Of a stretch of 64,000 nt of DNA, positions 41,726 to 52,430 are shown in pieces. Origin of the DNA: Longimicrobiales bacterium. GTDB taxonomy: Bacteria; Gemmatimonadota; Gemmatimonadetes; Longimicrobiales; Gaopeijiaceae. The notes under the pieces are model-generated. The model searched no databases. It had not been told where the DNA came from and worked only from the letters and a program-made list of their open reading frames with translations. Location: positions 160,001-224,000 of the forward strand of contig CAXXKM010000001.1 in the NCBI GenBank assembly GCA_963664435.2, given 5' to 3'. Numbering within the stretch: position 1 is the first letter of the stretch; each line of letters starts with the position of its first letter. Position numbers and translations under genes: made by a program.

Positions 41726-42931
41726 TCAGCCGCTCCCTGCCGCTTCCTGCACGGCGAGGATCAGCGACGGATAGCGGCTGAACGCCCAGCGGGCCTCCTC
41801 GACGTCGAGACGTTCGCGGTTGGTGTGCGCGTAGCGCTCCTCCCCGGGGGCGAAGCCGATGGTCGGAATCCCGAACACCCCGCAGGTCCAGCCTCCGTCA
41901 GTGGCGAAGGTCCAGGGGCGGCAGTGGGCGGACGTGGCGGGATCGCCGCGGCGCCCCACCGCTTTCGCGGCCGCCGTCACCACGGCGTGGTCGGGTTCCA
42001 TGAGGAAACCCGGCGTGAGCAGGTTGCGGTCGGCGGACCGGCCCGTGTAGGAGGTCTGGCGCTCCGAGGCGAGGCGGCACTCGATCGCATAACCCGCCGG
42101 AACATCCGGGAGCACCTCGGCGATCGCGTCCTCGACCCGCCCGATGAGGCTTGCCTCGGTATCGGCGGGCAGGATGCGCCAGTCGAGCACCACGATGACT
42201 TCGTCGGGGATGACGTTGGGGCTCTCGGGGCGCACCCGGACATCGGTGGGCGCCAGGCTCGCCGGCCCCAGGACGGGATCGGACTCCTGCCGCCGCGCGA
42301 GGGCGGCGATCCCGGTCAGCACGCCGGGCAGCAGGTCGAGGGCGTTGCGGGCGCGGTCGGGGGCGCTGGCGTGCCCGGCGAGACCACGGATCACGATCTC
42401 GAGCTGCGCGCGGCCGCGGTGACCCAGGGCGATGTCGCCGTACGTCGATTCGCCGATGATCGCCGCCGCGGGATTCACCAGGCCCGACCGCACCAGGTTC
42501 TCCATGCCCCAGCCGCCCCGCTCCTCGTACACCACCTGCCCCACGATCACGTCGCCGGGCGCGCGGTCGGCGAGGGCGGCGGCGGCGTAGACCTGGAGCG
42601 CCATGGGGCCCTTGATGTCCATCGCCCCGCGGCCATGCAGGTGGCCGTCCACGACTTCGCCGCTGAACGGCGGATGCTCCCACTCCTCGTGGGCTCCCTC
42701 GGCCACCACGTCCAGGTGGCAGGAGAGCATCACCGGGGGCGCATCTCCCCTTCCCCTGACGACTCCGGCGACGCTGCCCAGCCCATCGACCTCCACCCGG
42801 TCGAAGCCCAGCACGCGCATCTCCTCCTGGAGGCGGGCGGCGACTTCGCCCTCCTCGCCGCTCATCGAGGGAATGCGGATGAGATCGGCGGCGAAAGACA
42901 GGGCGTTTTCGAAGGTCGGCTCGCGGCTCAT
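41726..42931 (-). CDS. M20 family metallo-hydrolase (ArgE/DapE/YgeY-like)
   Basis: [43 protein letters not shown]. Confidence 0.92.
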   Translation of the reverse strand: MSREPTFENALSFAADLIRIPSMSGEEGEVAARLQEEMRVLGFDRVEVDGLGSVAGVVRGRGDAPPVMLSCHLDVVAEGAHEEWEHPPFSGEVVDGHLHGRGAMDIKGPMALQVYAAAALADRAPGDVIVGQVVYEERGGWGMENLVRSGLVNPAAAIIGESTYGDIALGHRGRAQLEIVIRGLAGHASAPDRARNALDLLPGVLTGIAALARRQESDPVLGPASLAPTDVRVRPESPNVIPDEVIVVLDWRILPADTEASLIGRVEDAIAEVLPDVPAGYAIECRLASERQTSYTGRSADRNLLTPGFLMEPDHAVVTAAAKAVGRRGDPATSAHCRPWTFATDGGWTCGVFGIPTIGFAPGEERYAHTNRERLDVEEARWAFSRYPSLILAVQEAAGSG

Positions 42932-42970
42932 GGGCTCAGGCTCCGGGTCAGGCGCGGGAAGAGGCGCGGG

Positions 42971-45088
42971 CTATCCGAGAAGGGCTTCCAGAACACCCCG
43001 CACCCACGACATGCCAACTCCGCCCTCCCCATGCACGCGCACGAACCAGGGAGCCAGCACGAGAGCCACCACGCTCATCAGCTTGATGAGGATGTTGAGC
43101 GAGGGACCCGAGGTATCCTTGAAGGGATCCCCGACGGTGTCGCCCACGACCGCGGCCTTGTGGGGCTCGGAGCCCTTGCCGCCCATCGCTCCGCCCTCGA
43201 TGTACTTCTTCGCGTTGTCCCAGGCGCCGCCGGCGTTGGCCATGAAGAGCGCCATGAGCACGCCGGTCACCGTCGCGCCGGCGAGCAGTCCCCCCAGCGC
43301 CTCCACACCGAGAAAGCGGCCGACGATCACCGGCGACAGCACGGCGATGACTCCCGGGAGGATCATCTCGCGCAGCGCCGCGCGGGTGGAGATGTCCACG
43401 CAGCGGGCCGAATCGGGTTTTGCGCGGCCTTCCATGATGCCGGGGATCTCGCGGAACTGGCGCCGCACCTCGGCGACCATCCCGGCCGCCGCGCGCCCCA
43501 CGGCGGTCATGGTGAGCGCCGCCACCAGGAAGGGCAGCGCCGCGCCCAGGAAGAGTCCGATCACGACCAGCGGGTCGACGATGCTGATCCCGGTCTGCTG
43601 GAGGCCCACCTTGGTGGTGTAGGCGGAGAAGAGCGCGAGGGCGGTGAGCGCCGCGGAGCCGATGGCGAAGCCCTTTCCGATCGCCGCGGTGGTGTTGCCG
43701 ATCGCATCCAGCGAGTCGGTGATCCTGCGGGTCTCCTCCCCGAGGCCGCTCATCTCGGAGATGCCGCCGGCGTTGTCCGCGACGGGCCCGTAGGCGTCCA
43801 CGGACATGGTCACACCCACGGTGGCCAGCATGCCGACGGCGGCGATGCCGATGCCGTACAGCCCCGCCGCCATGAACGAGACGAAGATCGCGAGGCAGAT
43901 GAGAAGCACCGGGATCACCGTGGACTCCATCCCCACTGCCAGCCCGGTGATCATGTTGGTTGCGGAACCGGTGTCGCTCGCGCGGGCGATCCGGTGCACC
44001 GGCTTGCCGGCCGTGTAGTACTCGGTGGCCAGCCCGATGAGGATCCCCACCAGGGTTCCCGCGAGGATCGCCCAGAAGGGCCCCATCGGGGAGTACGCGG
44101 TGTCGCCGTCGGCCAGCTGCAGGTCCAGCGATCCGACGATTAGGTACATCGCCACCAGGAAGAGGCCCGCGGCGACGAAGGTGACGTTGCGCAGGGCGCC
44201 GGCCGGGCTGCTGCGCTCAAGGACTTTCATGGCGGCGATCCCGAGCAGCGAGGCCACCAGCCCCGCCATCACCGTCAGCAGGGGCAGCGCGACCGTCTCC
44301 GCGACGCTGGCGGAGGTGAGCTGCGAGGTCGCCGCGATGGCAATGGTGGCAATGATCGACCCGACATACGACTCGAAGATGTCGGCGCCCATGCCGGCCA
44401 CGTCCCCCACGTTGTCGCCCACGTTGTCGGCGATGGTGGCCGGGTTGCGCGGATCGTCCTCCGGGATGCCCGCCTCGACCTTGCCCACGAGGTCCGCCCC
44501 CACGTCCGCCGCCTTGGTGAAGATGCCGCCGCCCACGCGCGCGAACAGCGCGATGGAGCTGGCCCCCATCGCGAAGCCGGAAACGATCTCCGAGAAGCGC
44601 GGGAAGTCGCTGGTGCCGGGGATGGCGCCCGCGGCGAAGATCCAGTAGAAGATCCCCACCCCGAGCAGCCCCAGCGCCGCCACCGAGAGACCCATGACCG
44701 CGCCCCCCGCGAAGGCGATGCGGAGCGCCTTGCCCTGGCCCTCGCTGCTGGCCGCGGCGGAGGTGCGCACGTTGGCGCGCGTGGCCGCCTTCATGCCGAA
44801 GAAGCCGGCGAGCACCGAGGAGGAGGCGCCCGCCACGTAGGCAACCCAGGTCCAGCCCGGTATCGCCACCGCCAGCAGGATGGCGACCAGCACGACGAAC
44901 CCCGCCAGCACCGTGTATTCGCGGCGCAGGAACGCCATCGCTCCGTCGTGAATCTGGTCGGCGAGGTCGACCATCACGGCCGAGCCCGGGTCCTGCCCGC
45001 GCACGTAGGCGAAAACCCCGCCGGCCGCCGCGAGCCCGACGACGCCGAACATCCAGGCCCAATTCGCAAGGGGTACCAAGTCGTTCAT
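42971..45088 (-). CDS. hppA: Membrane pyrophosphatase, K+-dependent type (likely Na+-translocating)
   Basis: [50 protein letters not shown] (Ala at the K+-dependence site), [14 protein letters not shown]. Confidence 0.96.
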   Translation of the reverse strand: MNDLVPLANWAWMFGVVGLAAAGGVFAYVRGQDPGSAVMVDLADQIHDGAMAFLRREYTVLAGFVVLVAILLAVAIPGWTWVAYVAGASSSVLAGFFGMKAATRANVRTSAAASSEGQGKALRIAFAGGAVMGLSVAALGLLGVGIFYWIFAAGAIPGTSDFPRFSEIVSGFAMGASSIALFARVGGGIFTKAADVGADLVGKVEAGIPEDDPRNPATIADNVGDNVGDVAGMGADIFESYVGSIIATIAIAATSQLTSASVAETVALPLLTVMAGLVASLLGIAAMKVLERSSPAGALRNVTFVAAGLFLVAMYLIVGSLDLQLADGDTAYSPMGPFWAILAGTLVGILIGLATEYYTAGKPVHRIARASDTGSATNMITGLAVGMESTVIPVLLICLAIFVSFMAAGLYGIGIAAVGMLATVGVTMSVDAYGPVADNAGGISEMSGLGEETRRITDSLDAIGNTTAAIGKGFAIGSAALTALALFSAYTTKVGLQQTGISIVDPLVVIGLFLGAALPFLVAALTMTAVGRAAAGMVAEVRRQFREIPGIMEGRAKPDSARCVDISTRAALREMILPGVIAVLSPVIVGRFLGVEALGGLLAGATVTGVLMALFMANAGGAWDNAKKYIEGGAMGGKGSEPHKAAVVGDTVGDPFKDTSGPSLNILIKLMSVVALVLAPWFVRVHGEGGVGMSWVRGVLEALLG

Positions 45089-45142
45089 CTGATCTGCTTC
45101 TCGTGAGGGTGGCGGTTCAGTCCCCGCCCTCGCGCGGGCGGG

Positions 45143-45706
45143 TCATCGGTTGTAGGCGTTCATCGCGGGATCGATTCCCTCGGCCATCCACAGTCGGGCT
45201 GCGGCAGGCAGTTCGTCCAGCAGGGCGACGACCACGTCCTCGTCATCCTCCGGCATCGGCGAGAGCACCCAGTCGGCCAGATCCATGCCTTCGGGGCGGC
45301 GACCCACCCCGATGCGCAGCCGGGGATAGTCCGGGGTGCCGAGCACGCCGGTCACGGACCGAAGCCCCTTGTGTCCGCCGGCCCCGCCTCCGGGCCTGAA
45401 CCGCAACCGCCCGACGCCGAGGTTGACATCGTCGGCCACGACCAGAAGGTCCTCCCCGGCGCCGAAATCAGCGGCGTCGAGGTAGGGAGCCAGCGCGGCC
45501 CCGCTCCGATTCACGTAGGTGACCGGTTTCACCAGGTGCACGGCGTGGTCATCGACGACGCCGTCGGCCAGCAGCGCGGCGCGCGTCATCTCGAAGGGCC
45601 CGAAATCCCAGTCGTACGCCAGACGGTCGATCACCCACCATCCCACGTTGTGGCGTGTGGCGTCATAACGGGGTCCCGGATTCCCGAGGCCCACGATGAC
45701 CTTCAA
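45143..45706 (-). CDS. pth: Peptidyl-tRNA hydrolase
   Basis: IVGLGNPG..Y..TRHNVG, KP.TYVN.SG, GGHKGLRS, RLRIGVG. Confidence 0.97.
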   Translation of the reverse strand: MKVIVGLGNPGPRYDATRHNVGWWVIDRLAYDWDFGPFEMTRAALLADGVVDDHAVHLVKPVTYVNRSGAALAPYLDAADFGAGEDLLVVADDVNLGVGRLRFRPGGGAGGHKGLRSVTGVLGTPDYPRLRIGVGRRPEGMDLADWVLSPMPEDDEDVVVALLDELPAAARLWMAEGIDPAMNAYNR

Positions 45707-46345
45707 CTAGGATTCCTCGACATCCTCGCCGGCTTCTTCGACCTCGCCGACTTCCAGTTCTTCCTCTTCGTCGTCTTCAGGCTCCCAGGATGTCGCGATG
45801 TGACACACCAGGGTATCCGGGCCGGAGAGCAGCTCAACGTCCTCGGGGAGGGCGAGGTCGCCGAGCCGAAGCGACTCTCCGATCTCGAGTTCCGAGATGT
45901 CGGCGTGGATCGACTCCGGTATCCTTGCGGGCGTGCAGCGGACATGCGCTTCGTGGACGGCGATGTCCAGGCGGCCGCCGCTGCGGGTACCGGCCGGAGT
46001 GCCGGAAAGCGAAATCGGCACGTTCAGTTCGACCGCTATGCCCCGGCGCAGGTGCATGAAGTCGACGTGGATGACGTCGGGGCGGAAGGGATGGGTCTGG
46101 ATCTCGCGCACCAGCGTGCGCAGCGTCTCCCCGCCGCCGATGTCGAGCTGGAGGACGGTGTTGGCCACCGGGATGGACTCGAACAGGAGGACCGCCTCCT
46201 GTTCGTCCAGCGAGAGCGGGATGGGTTCCATGTCCTTGCCGTACACGACCGCCGGGATACGTCCCGCGCGCCGCAGGCGGCGGGCGACGCCCTTGCCGGT
46301 CTCTTCCCTGCGCCGGGCCTGGAGGGAGGCTACTGCTACGCTCAT
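45707..46345 (-). CDS. rplY: 50S ribosomal protein L25 (Ctc form)
   Basis: GKGVARRLRRAGRIPAVVYG, EIQTHP....HVDF; acidic tail. Confidence 0.96.
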   Translation of the reverse strand: MSVAVASLQARRREETGKGVARRLRRAGRIPAVVYGKDMEPIPLSLDEQEAVLLFESIPVANTVLQLDIGGGETLRTLVREIQTHPFRPDVIHVDFMHLRRGIAVELNVPISLSGTPAGTRSGGRLDIAVHEAHVRCTPARIPESIHADISELEIGESLRLGDLALPEDVELLSGPDTLVCHIATSWEPEDDEEEELEVGEVEEAGEDVEES

Positions 46346-46364
46346 TTCGGGCTCTTCGTCGATT

Positions 46365-47420
46365 TCAGGAGGTTGTCAGGGAGGATCGGGCCGCGCGCGT
46401 CGGCCACGCACTCGCTGGTGCGGGGTCGACGTCACCGGCCTCTATGACGATCGGGGCCTCTCGGGCCGGCATCCTGAACAGCTGGCTCACGGAGGCATTG
46501 GAGTGAATGTAGCGAATGGCGTCGGACAGCAGGCCGGCCACGGAGAGCACCTTCAGCTTGGGAAAGCGCAGTTCCGGAGATATGCCGATGGTGTTGGTGA
46601 CCACCACTTCCTCCACCGGAGCCCCCTGCAGCCGCTCGGACGCCCTTCCCGACAGGAGGGCGTGGGTGGCGCAGGCGTAGACCGCGGCCGCTCCGCGTTC
46701 CTTCAGCGCGTAGATGCCGTTGGTGAGGGTGCCTGCCGTGTCGACCATGTCGTCGACGATCAGGCAGGTCCTGCCCTGCACCTCGCCCACGACGTTGACC
46801 ACTTCGGCCACGTTGGCGGTGCGCCGGCGCTTGTCGATGACCGCCAGGGAGGCTCCGAGCCGGCGGGCGAAGCCGCGGGCCATCTTCGCGGATCCCGCAT
46901 CTGGCGCGATGACGACCAGATCATCCAGGTCCATGTCGCTGAAATACCGCGTCAGCACCGGCGCCGCGTACAGGTGATCCACGGGGATGTCGAAGAATCC
47001 CTGGATCTGATGCTGATGGAAGTCGATGCCCAGCAGCCGGTCGGCACCGGCGGCGACGATCAGGTTGGCGACCAGCTTGGCGCCGATCGAGACCCGGGGC
47101 TGGTCCTTGCGGTCCTGGCGCCCGTAGCCGAAGTAGGGGACCACGGCGGTGACGCGGGCGGCCGAGGCGCGGACGGCGGCGTCGACAAGGAGCAACAGCT
47201 CCATGATGTTGTCGGCCGGCGTCGTCGTCGGCTGGATGATGAAGACATCGCGCCCGCGCGCGTTGCGGTCCAGTCGCACGAAGATCTCGCCGTCCGCGAA
47301 ATCCCGCACCGTGGCTCCGAAGGCGGACTCGCCCAGCCTCTCGCCGATCTCCGCGGCCAGAGGCCGATTGGCCCGGCCAGCAAGGAGCAATAGCGGACCG
47401 CGGCGGTATTGATCGTCCAT
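46365..47420 (-). CDS. prs: Ribose-phosphate pyrophosphokinase
   Basis: FADGEI, PYFGYGRQDRK, PDAG, DKRR, VDDMVDTAGT. Start placed at ATG 47420. Confidence 0.96.
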   Translation of the reverse strand: MDDQYRRGPLLLLAGRANRPLAAEIGERLGESAFGATVRDFADGEIFVRLDRNARGRDVFIIQPTTTPADNIMELLLLVDAAVRASAARVTAVVPYFGYGRQDRKDQPRVSIGAKLVANLIVAAGADRLLGIDFHQHQIQGFFDIPVDHLYAAPVLTRYFSDMDLDDLVVIAPDAGSAKMARGFARRLGASLAVIDKRRRTANVAEVVNVVGEVQGRTCLIVDDMVDTAGTLTNGIYALKERGAAAVYACATHALLSGRASERLQGAPVEEVVVTNTIGISPELRFPKLKVLSVAGLLSDAIRYIHSNASVSQLFRMPAREAPIVIEAGDVDPAPASAWPTRAARSSLTTS

Positions 47421-47539
47421 GGAGGCGTCACCGTCAGCTGGCGTTGCGGAGGCGAGTTCGGCGTTACGGTAGCCGTTAAGTGTAGGCATCCCGGAGAGGA
47501 GCGTCAACGCGCCATCTGCTCGACGACGCCACGGGCGGG

Positions 47540-49354
47540 CTATCCGACAATCTGCACGCGCCGCCGTCGAATCACGGGAGCCCAGTCGTCGACTCTGAGC
47601 TCCAGCCGAAGCTCGTAGATCCCGGGTGCCAGGTTTCGGAAATCGAGGTCGACGGAGCGGAAGTGCGCACCCGGCCGCCCGGGGCTCGGCTCGCTCCACT
47701 CGACGTTCAGCGGAGCCTCCCTTCGGCGCAGCCTCAGGAACTCTCCCAGGCGGCGGAAGAACGACCGGTCGAGCGGCTCGATCGCGAGGCGATACGCGAT
47801 CCGGGCTTCACCCGTCCCGAGCCCGTAGGCCTCCCACGCGACAGCCAGCTCCTGCAGCCCGCCGAGCGCCAGGGATGGCAGGGCATGGTGCATCACGTCA
47901 TCGACCGACTCGGGCGCCCGGTCCGGGGCCTCGATGACGAGGAAGTCGGAGAGATCGGGAATATCATCCGGATGCGGACCCAGGACGAGGTCTCCCCGCA
48001 GACGCGCTCCCTGACCGGCTCGGCGGTCGAGCGCCTCCACGCTGTACACATAGCTGCCCAGCGGCGCCATGAGCGACAGCGTGCCGTGTTCCGCCAGCAT
48101 GCGGTGCACCGGCGGGCGGATCTCGCCGACCGTCTCGGCCCAGGGCACCAGGAACAGCCCCGCCTGTACATCCCGCCGCTGCTCGTTCCCTTCCCCGGGG
48201 CTGCCAGGATTGGACGCTGCTTCGGCCGTGTCCCTGGGCTCGAACCGGAACGGAGCCACCACCAGGAGCGAGTCGCCGCGGCGGAAGCGGGCGAGTACCG
48301 TGTGCATCGTCCCCAGTTCGGGGGCATACGACGGTGCGTACGCGCTACGAGGCCGTTCCATCGGGTCACCCCAGACGGTGCCGGCAGGCAGGCTGAATCT
48401 GCCGGTCAGAACGCCGTCCGGCGGCATGTACCGCTCCGAGTGCGGAGGATGGCGCCCGGTTACTCGCGGACGCATGCTCGATCCGCTTGTGGGGACGTAC
48501 CTGGACCAGCTGGTCTCGTGCCCGTAGCGAATGGCGAGTTCGTCCAGTCCGGACGTCCAGGGGAGCCCGTGGGGATTGCGCGCGCGCCGCTGAATGCGAC
48601 CCCCGGTGTGCCGGCTCATGTGTTCGGTCCAGCGGTCGTTGCCACGCACCAGGTAGTAGGGATCGGCGAGTGCCCACAGCCGGCGGCTCGCCCGCTCGCG
48701 CGCTTCCGGATCGAGCCCGGCCAGGCCGGATTCGTCCATCCCCTCGAGCAGGAGATCCAGGGTCAGCCACTCCTCGGCCTCGCGCGCATCCATCGCTTCC
48801 AGGGCCACGCGATAAGCGCGCTCCGCGTCCTCGAAGCGTTCCAGTCGATGGAGCGCGAAACCGCGCAGCGCCTCGCACCAGCCAGGCTCGCGGGCGGTGC
48901 AGGCGCGGGCGACCGCCAGAGCCTCGTGCGCCCGTCCCGCCTCCACGAGGTAGTGGACGCGCTGGCCCGCGATCCAGCCGTCGCCGGGCAGCAGCCGCGC
49001 GGTGTGCGCCAGGGTGTCGAGCAGCTCCTCGCGCGCCACGGTGATCGCCACGTCCTCCGGATCCGGTTCGGTGTGGTTGTCTCCGTGCCAGTAGCACATG
49101 CGGCCGATGACCTCGTCGCACGGAGACGAGCCGGACTCAAGGGACACGGGCAGATGACGGACACGCAGCCGCTCGAAGCGCCGTTGGGCTTCGCGGCTTC
49201 GGTCGTGAATCGCGGAGGAGTCGGGCTCCGTCCCGGCCTCCTGCAGAGAGGGGTCGGGCGGAAGATTGCGCTCTTGCCCATGAGGAGGCGCGGCGGTGGC
49301 CGCGGACGGTCCGGCGAGGACCGTGGCCAGCGCGAGCAGAACGGGCGCAAGCAT
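47540..49354 (-). CDS. Secreted hypothetical protein with TPR-like N-terminal part
   Basis: Signal peptide MLAPVLLALATVLAGPSAATAA; CDEVIGRMCYW; TPR-like helices; beta-rich C-terminus. Confidence 0.75.
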   Translation of the reverse strand: MLAPVLLALATVLAGPSAATAAPPHGQERNLPPDPSLQEAGTEPDSSAIHDRSREAQRRFERLRVRHLPVSLESGSSPCDEVIGRMCYWHGDNHTEPDPEDVAITVAREELLDTLAHTARLLPGDGWIAGQRVHYLVEAGRAHEALAVARACTAREPGWCEALRGFALHRLERFEDAERAYRVALEAMDAREAEEWLTLDLLLEGMDESGLAGLDPEARERASRRLWALADPYYLVRGNDRWTEHMSRHTGGRIQRRARNPHGLPWTSGLDELAIRYGHETSWSRYVPTSGSSMRPRVTGRHPPHSERYMPPDGVLTGRFSLPAGTVWGDPMERPRSAYAPSYAPELGTMHTVLARFRRGDSLLVVAPFRFEPRDTAEAASNPGSPGEGNEQRRDVQAGLFLVPWAETVGEIRPPVHRMLAEHGTLSLMAPLGSYVYSVEALDRRAGQGARLRGDLVLGPHPDDIPDLSDFLVIEAPDRAPESVDDVMHHALPSLALGGLQELAVAWEAYGLGTGEARIAYRLAIEPLDRSFFRRLGEFLRLRRREAPLNVEWSEPSPGRPGAHFRSVDLDFRNLAPGIYELRLELRVDDWAPVIRRRRVQIVG

Positions 49355-49395
49355 CGGGATCGTGATGGCGGCTCCTCCTGCACGGCTGGAGCGGA

Positions 49396-49466
49396 TTGGC
49401 CCGGGTGGATTCGAACCACCACCGCCGGTTCCAAAGACCGGTGTCCTGCCATTAGACGACGGGCCA
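49396..49466 (-). tRNA. tRNA-Gln (anticodon TTG), CCA not encoded
   Basis: TGGCCCGTCGTCTAATGGCAGGACACCGGTCTTTGGAACCGGCGGTGGTGGTTCGAATCCACCCGGGCCAA: 7-bp acceptor stem, CCGGT/ACCGG anticodon stem, GGTTCGAATCC T-loop. Confidence 0.97.
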
Positions 49467-49542
49467 CTCACGACGGCTCCCGGAATCCTACTCGCGCCGC
49501 GGCGCGGTCTCAAGAGCGAGGCGGCGCGGCGGGACGCCCCCC

Positions 49543-50445
49543 CTACGCGGGCTGAATGGATGGAAAGCTCGAAAGCGTGCTCGTCAGATGGACCTGTCCG
49601 GCCCCCGCCATCCGATCAATGCGGCGGCGGGCGCGCGCGGCAGCCTCGGCGTCCCGGTACACCGCAAAGGTCGTGCTGCCGCTGCCCGACATGAGCGTCA
49701 GGAGGGGGGATGTTGCCCGCAACGACATCACCGTTTCCCGGAGGTCGGGGCGGGCGGCGAAGATGGGCCCCTCGAAGTCGTTGTGGGCCATCCCGGCCAC
49801 GGTCGCCCAGTCCCGGCAGCGGGCCGGGGTGAGAGGCACCGGCTTCCCGTCGGAGAGCCCCTCCACCCCTCCACCCCTCCCCCGGGCGAGCAGGCTGTAC
49901 GCCCAGGCCGTCGCCACCCCCTCCGGCGACCCCACCAACAGCACCGGCCGGGAGGGTAGCGGGGGCAGCGGCGTGAGGTGGTCGCCGCGGCCGCCACCCA
50001 GTGCGAGCGGCGACGGCGACAGGAAGAAGGGGACGTCGGCGCCGAGGCCGCGCGCCACCTCGGTGAGCGCGGCGACGCCGGCGGGAGGCTGGAACAGCTC
50101 GTCCAGGCAGCGGAGCGTCGCCGCCGCGTCCGAGGAGCCGCCCCCCAGCCCGCCACCGACCGGAATGCGCTTCTGCAGCCGGATGGCCACCCCGCCGCGC
50201 TCGCCCCGCGCGTCCAGGTAGGCCCGCGCCGCGCGGTACACCAGGTTGTCGCGCGGGTCGCCCAGGTCGGCGCCCGTGACCTCGACGGCGATCCCGGCCG
50301 CGGCGCGTTCCATCCGCAGGCGGTCGCACAAGCCGACCGCCGCGAAGAGCGTGTCGACGTTGTGGTATCCGTCGGCGCGGCGCGCGCCCACGCGCAGAAC
50401 GAGATTGACCTTGGCCGGAGCCTCGACCACCACCGCGCGCTTCAC
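49543..50445 (-). CDS. ispE: 4-diphosphocytidyl-2-C-methyl-D-erythritol kinase
   Basis: APAKVNL.L, DGYH, KRIPVGGGLGGGSSDAA, LGADVPFF, NDFE, MSGSGST. Alternative GTG start at 50598. Confidence 0.95.
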   Translation of the reverse strand: MKRAVVVEAPAKVNLVLRVGARRADGYHNVDTLFAAVGLCDRLRMERAAAGIAVEVTGADLGDPRDNLVYRAARAYLDARGERGGVAIRLQKRIPVGGGLGGGSSDAAATLRCLDELFQPPAGVAALTEVARGLGADVPFFLSPSPLALGGGRGDHLTPLPPLPSRPVLLVGSPEGVATAWAYSLLARGRGGGVEGLSDGKPVPLTPARCRDWATVAGMAHNDFEGPIFAARPDLRETVMSLRATSPLLTLMSGSGSTTFAVYRDAEAAARARRRIDRMAGAGQVHLTSTLSSFPSIQPA

Positions 50446-50594
50446 CGCACCCGGCCCTCCACGCCAAGCGCCGGGACCGCGCCCTCGACCAGGACCGAGA
50501 CCACGCCCCCACCCAGGGCTGAGACCGAGACCAGCGTCGCGACCAGGACCGATCGCGCCCGCGCCCGGCACGGACAACTCGACGGAACCATCGA

Positions 50595-51647
50595 TCACGC
50601 CCGGGAAGGCTGCCGGCGCCCCCGCCGCGTCGCCTCTTCCCCGCCCTTCCTCGCAGGCACCATCTCCCGGAACGAAAACCCCATGCGCCAGAAAAACCAG
50701 AGCCCGATCGCGGTCACCGGAATGAAGGTCGTGATGTGGTATCCCGCGGCGAACGCGAGCGCGGGGTTCTCGCCGACTCCGAGGACGTCGACAAGCGCCA
50801 CCCGCACCGCGGCCTCGAACGGGCCGAAGAAGCCCGGTGCCGAAGGGAGCGCGACCGCCAGCGCGGTAATCCCGTTCAGGAAGAGCGCTTCCGCGTACCC
50901 CGCATCGATGCCGAACGCGGCGAACCCCAGCCAGAACGAGGCCGAATGCCAGAGCCAGAAAACGAGGCTCCACCCCGCCGCGCGCACCACCAGCATGGGA
51001 CTGCGAAGCGCACCCAGCCCCTCGATAAGCCCGTCCAGAATGAGCAGCGTCCTCTCCCCCGCCGCGCCCGGCAGACGGGACGCAAGCCGCCGGCCGATCG
51101 CCCGCGCCCAGTCCGGACGCGCGAGCACCAGCACGACGACCAGCACGACGATCGCGAGCACGGCCAGGAACCCGGCGACCGCTCCCCGGACGATGTTGCC
51201 CGCAAGCTCCGAGTCGGCGCGAAACCCCGGCAGCGACAGCGAGACCACCAGCAGCGCCACAACCGTCACGCCATCAAAGAGGCGTTCCACGGCGAGGGAG
51301 GCCAGGCACGCGGAGGTGCGCAGCTTTTCCATGCGCGCGAGCGACCAGGCCCTGGCGAACTCGCCGGCCCGAGCGGGCAGCAGGTTGTTGACCATGAAGC
51401 CGATGGAGGTGGCGGCGAATCGCGGGCGCAGGCCGGTCTGCGGGCGGAGCGGGGCGAGCAGCACTTTCCATCTCATGGCCCGCAACAGGTAGCCTGCGGT
51501 CGCGACGACCACCGACGCGAGCAGCCACCAAGGGTCGGCGGCCGCCACCTCCGCGGCGATGGCGCCCAGGTCCTCGCCGCGGAACACCCACCACAGCAGC
51601 AGGACGCTGATGGAAAGCCCGATGACGGACTTCCAGGACGATGTCAC
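50595..51647 (-). CDS. Lysylphosphatidylglycerol synthase TM-domain (UPF0104 flippase-like) protein
   Basis: RAMRWKVLL, IGFMVNNLLPARAGE.AR, ERLFD, PSAPGFFG.FE. Confidence 0.9.
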   Translation of the reverse strand: MTSSWKSVIGLSISVLLLWWVFRGEDLGAIAAEVAAADPWWLLASVVVATAGYLLRAMRWKVLLAPLRPQTGLRPRFAATSIGFMVNNLLPARAGEFARAWSLARMEKLRTSACLASLAVERLFDGVTVVALLVVSLSLPGFRADSELAGNIVRGAVAGFLAVLAIVVLVVVLVLARPDWARAIGRRLASRLPGAAGERTLLILDGLIEGLGALRSPMLVVRAAGWSLVFWLWHSASFWLGFAAFGIDAGYAEALFLNGITALAVALPSAPGFFGPFEAAVRVALVDVLGVGENPALAFAAGYHITTFIPVTAIGLWFFWRMGFSFREMVPARKGGEEATRRGRRQPSRA

Positions 51648-51657
51648 GAGCGAGACC

Positions 51658-52422
51658 TCAGAAGCCGATGGGAGGAAGCCAGCCCTCGGCGCTCATCATC
51701 CCGGGAGCGCGCCGGATGATCTCCTTCATCTCCCGCACCGCACGCTCGAGCCCCACCAGCACCGCGCGCGAGATGATGCTGTGGCCGATGTTGAGTTCCT
51801 CGATCTCGCCGACCGCGGCCACCGGGATCACGTTCTCGTAGGTGAGCCCGTGCCCGGCATGTACCGCCAATCCGGCTTCCCGCCCCGCGCGCGCCGCCGA
51901 CACCAGGCGACCCAGCTGGGCGGGACGGCCGTCCAGGTCCGCCAGCGCGTACTCTCCGGTGTGCAGTTCCACGGCGTCGGCGCCCAGCTCCGCGCTTGCT
52001 TCGATCGCGTCCTCGTCCGGGTCGATGAAGAGCGATGTCCGGACCCCGGCGTCGGCGAGGCGAGCGAGCGCATCGCGCATGGCGGCGCGCACTTCCGCCG
52101 AACCGAGGGCCAGTCCCCCCTCGGTGGTGACCTCCTCGCGGCGCTCGGGCACGAGCGTAGCCTGCATCGGCGCGAGCTCGCATGCCAGCCCCAGAATGTC
52201 GGGCGCAGTCGCCAGCTCGAGATTGATCCCGGTACGGGCCGTCTCCATGAGCAGCCGGACATCCCGGTCACTGATGTGGCGCCGGTCCTCGCGCAGGTGC
52301 ACGGTGATGCCGTCGGCGCCTCCCAACTCGGTCAGCACCGCCGCGCGCACGGGATCGGGTTCATCGGTCCGGCGTGCCTGCCGGACGGTGGCGACGTGAT
52401 CGATGTTGACGTAGAAGCGCAT
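51658..52422 (-). CDS. pdxJ: Pyridoxine 5'-phosphate synthase
   Basis: [55 protein letters not shown]. Confidence 0.97.
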   Translation of the reverse strand: MRFYVNIDHVATVRQARRTDEPDPVRAAVLTELGGADGITVHLREDRRHISDRDVRLLMETARTGINLELATAPDILGLACELAPMQATLVPERREEVTTEGGLALGSAEVRAAMRDALARLADAGVRTSLFIDPDEDAIEASAELGADAVELHTGEYALADLDGRPAQLGRLVSAARAGREAGLAVHAGHGLTYENVIPVAAVGEIEELNIGHSIISRAVLVGLERAVREMKEIIRRAPGMMSAEGWLPPIGF

Positions 52423-52430
52423 GGCGTGCC

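Noticed and set aside
47540..49466. Gene between tRNA-Gln and prs as a tRNA-integrated island
   Set aside because: No duplicated tRNA 3' end, no integrase, and composition similar to the neighbours.
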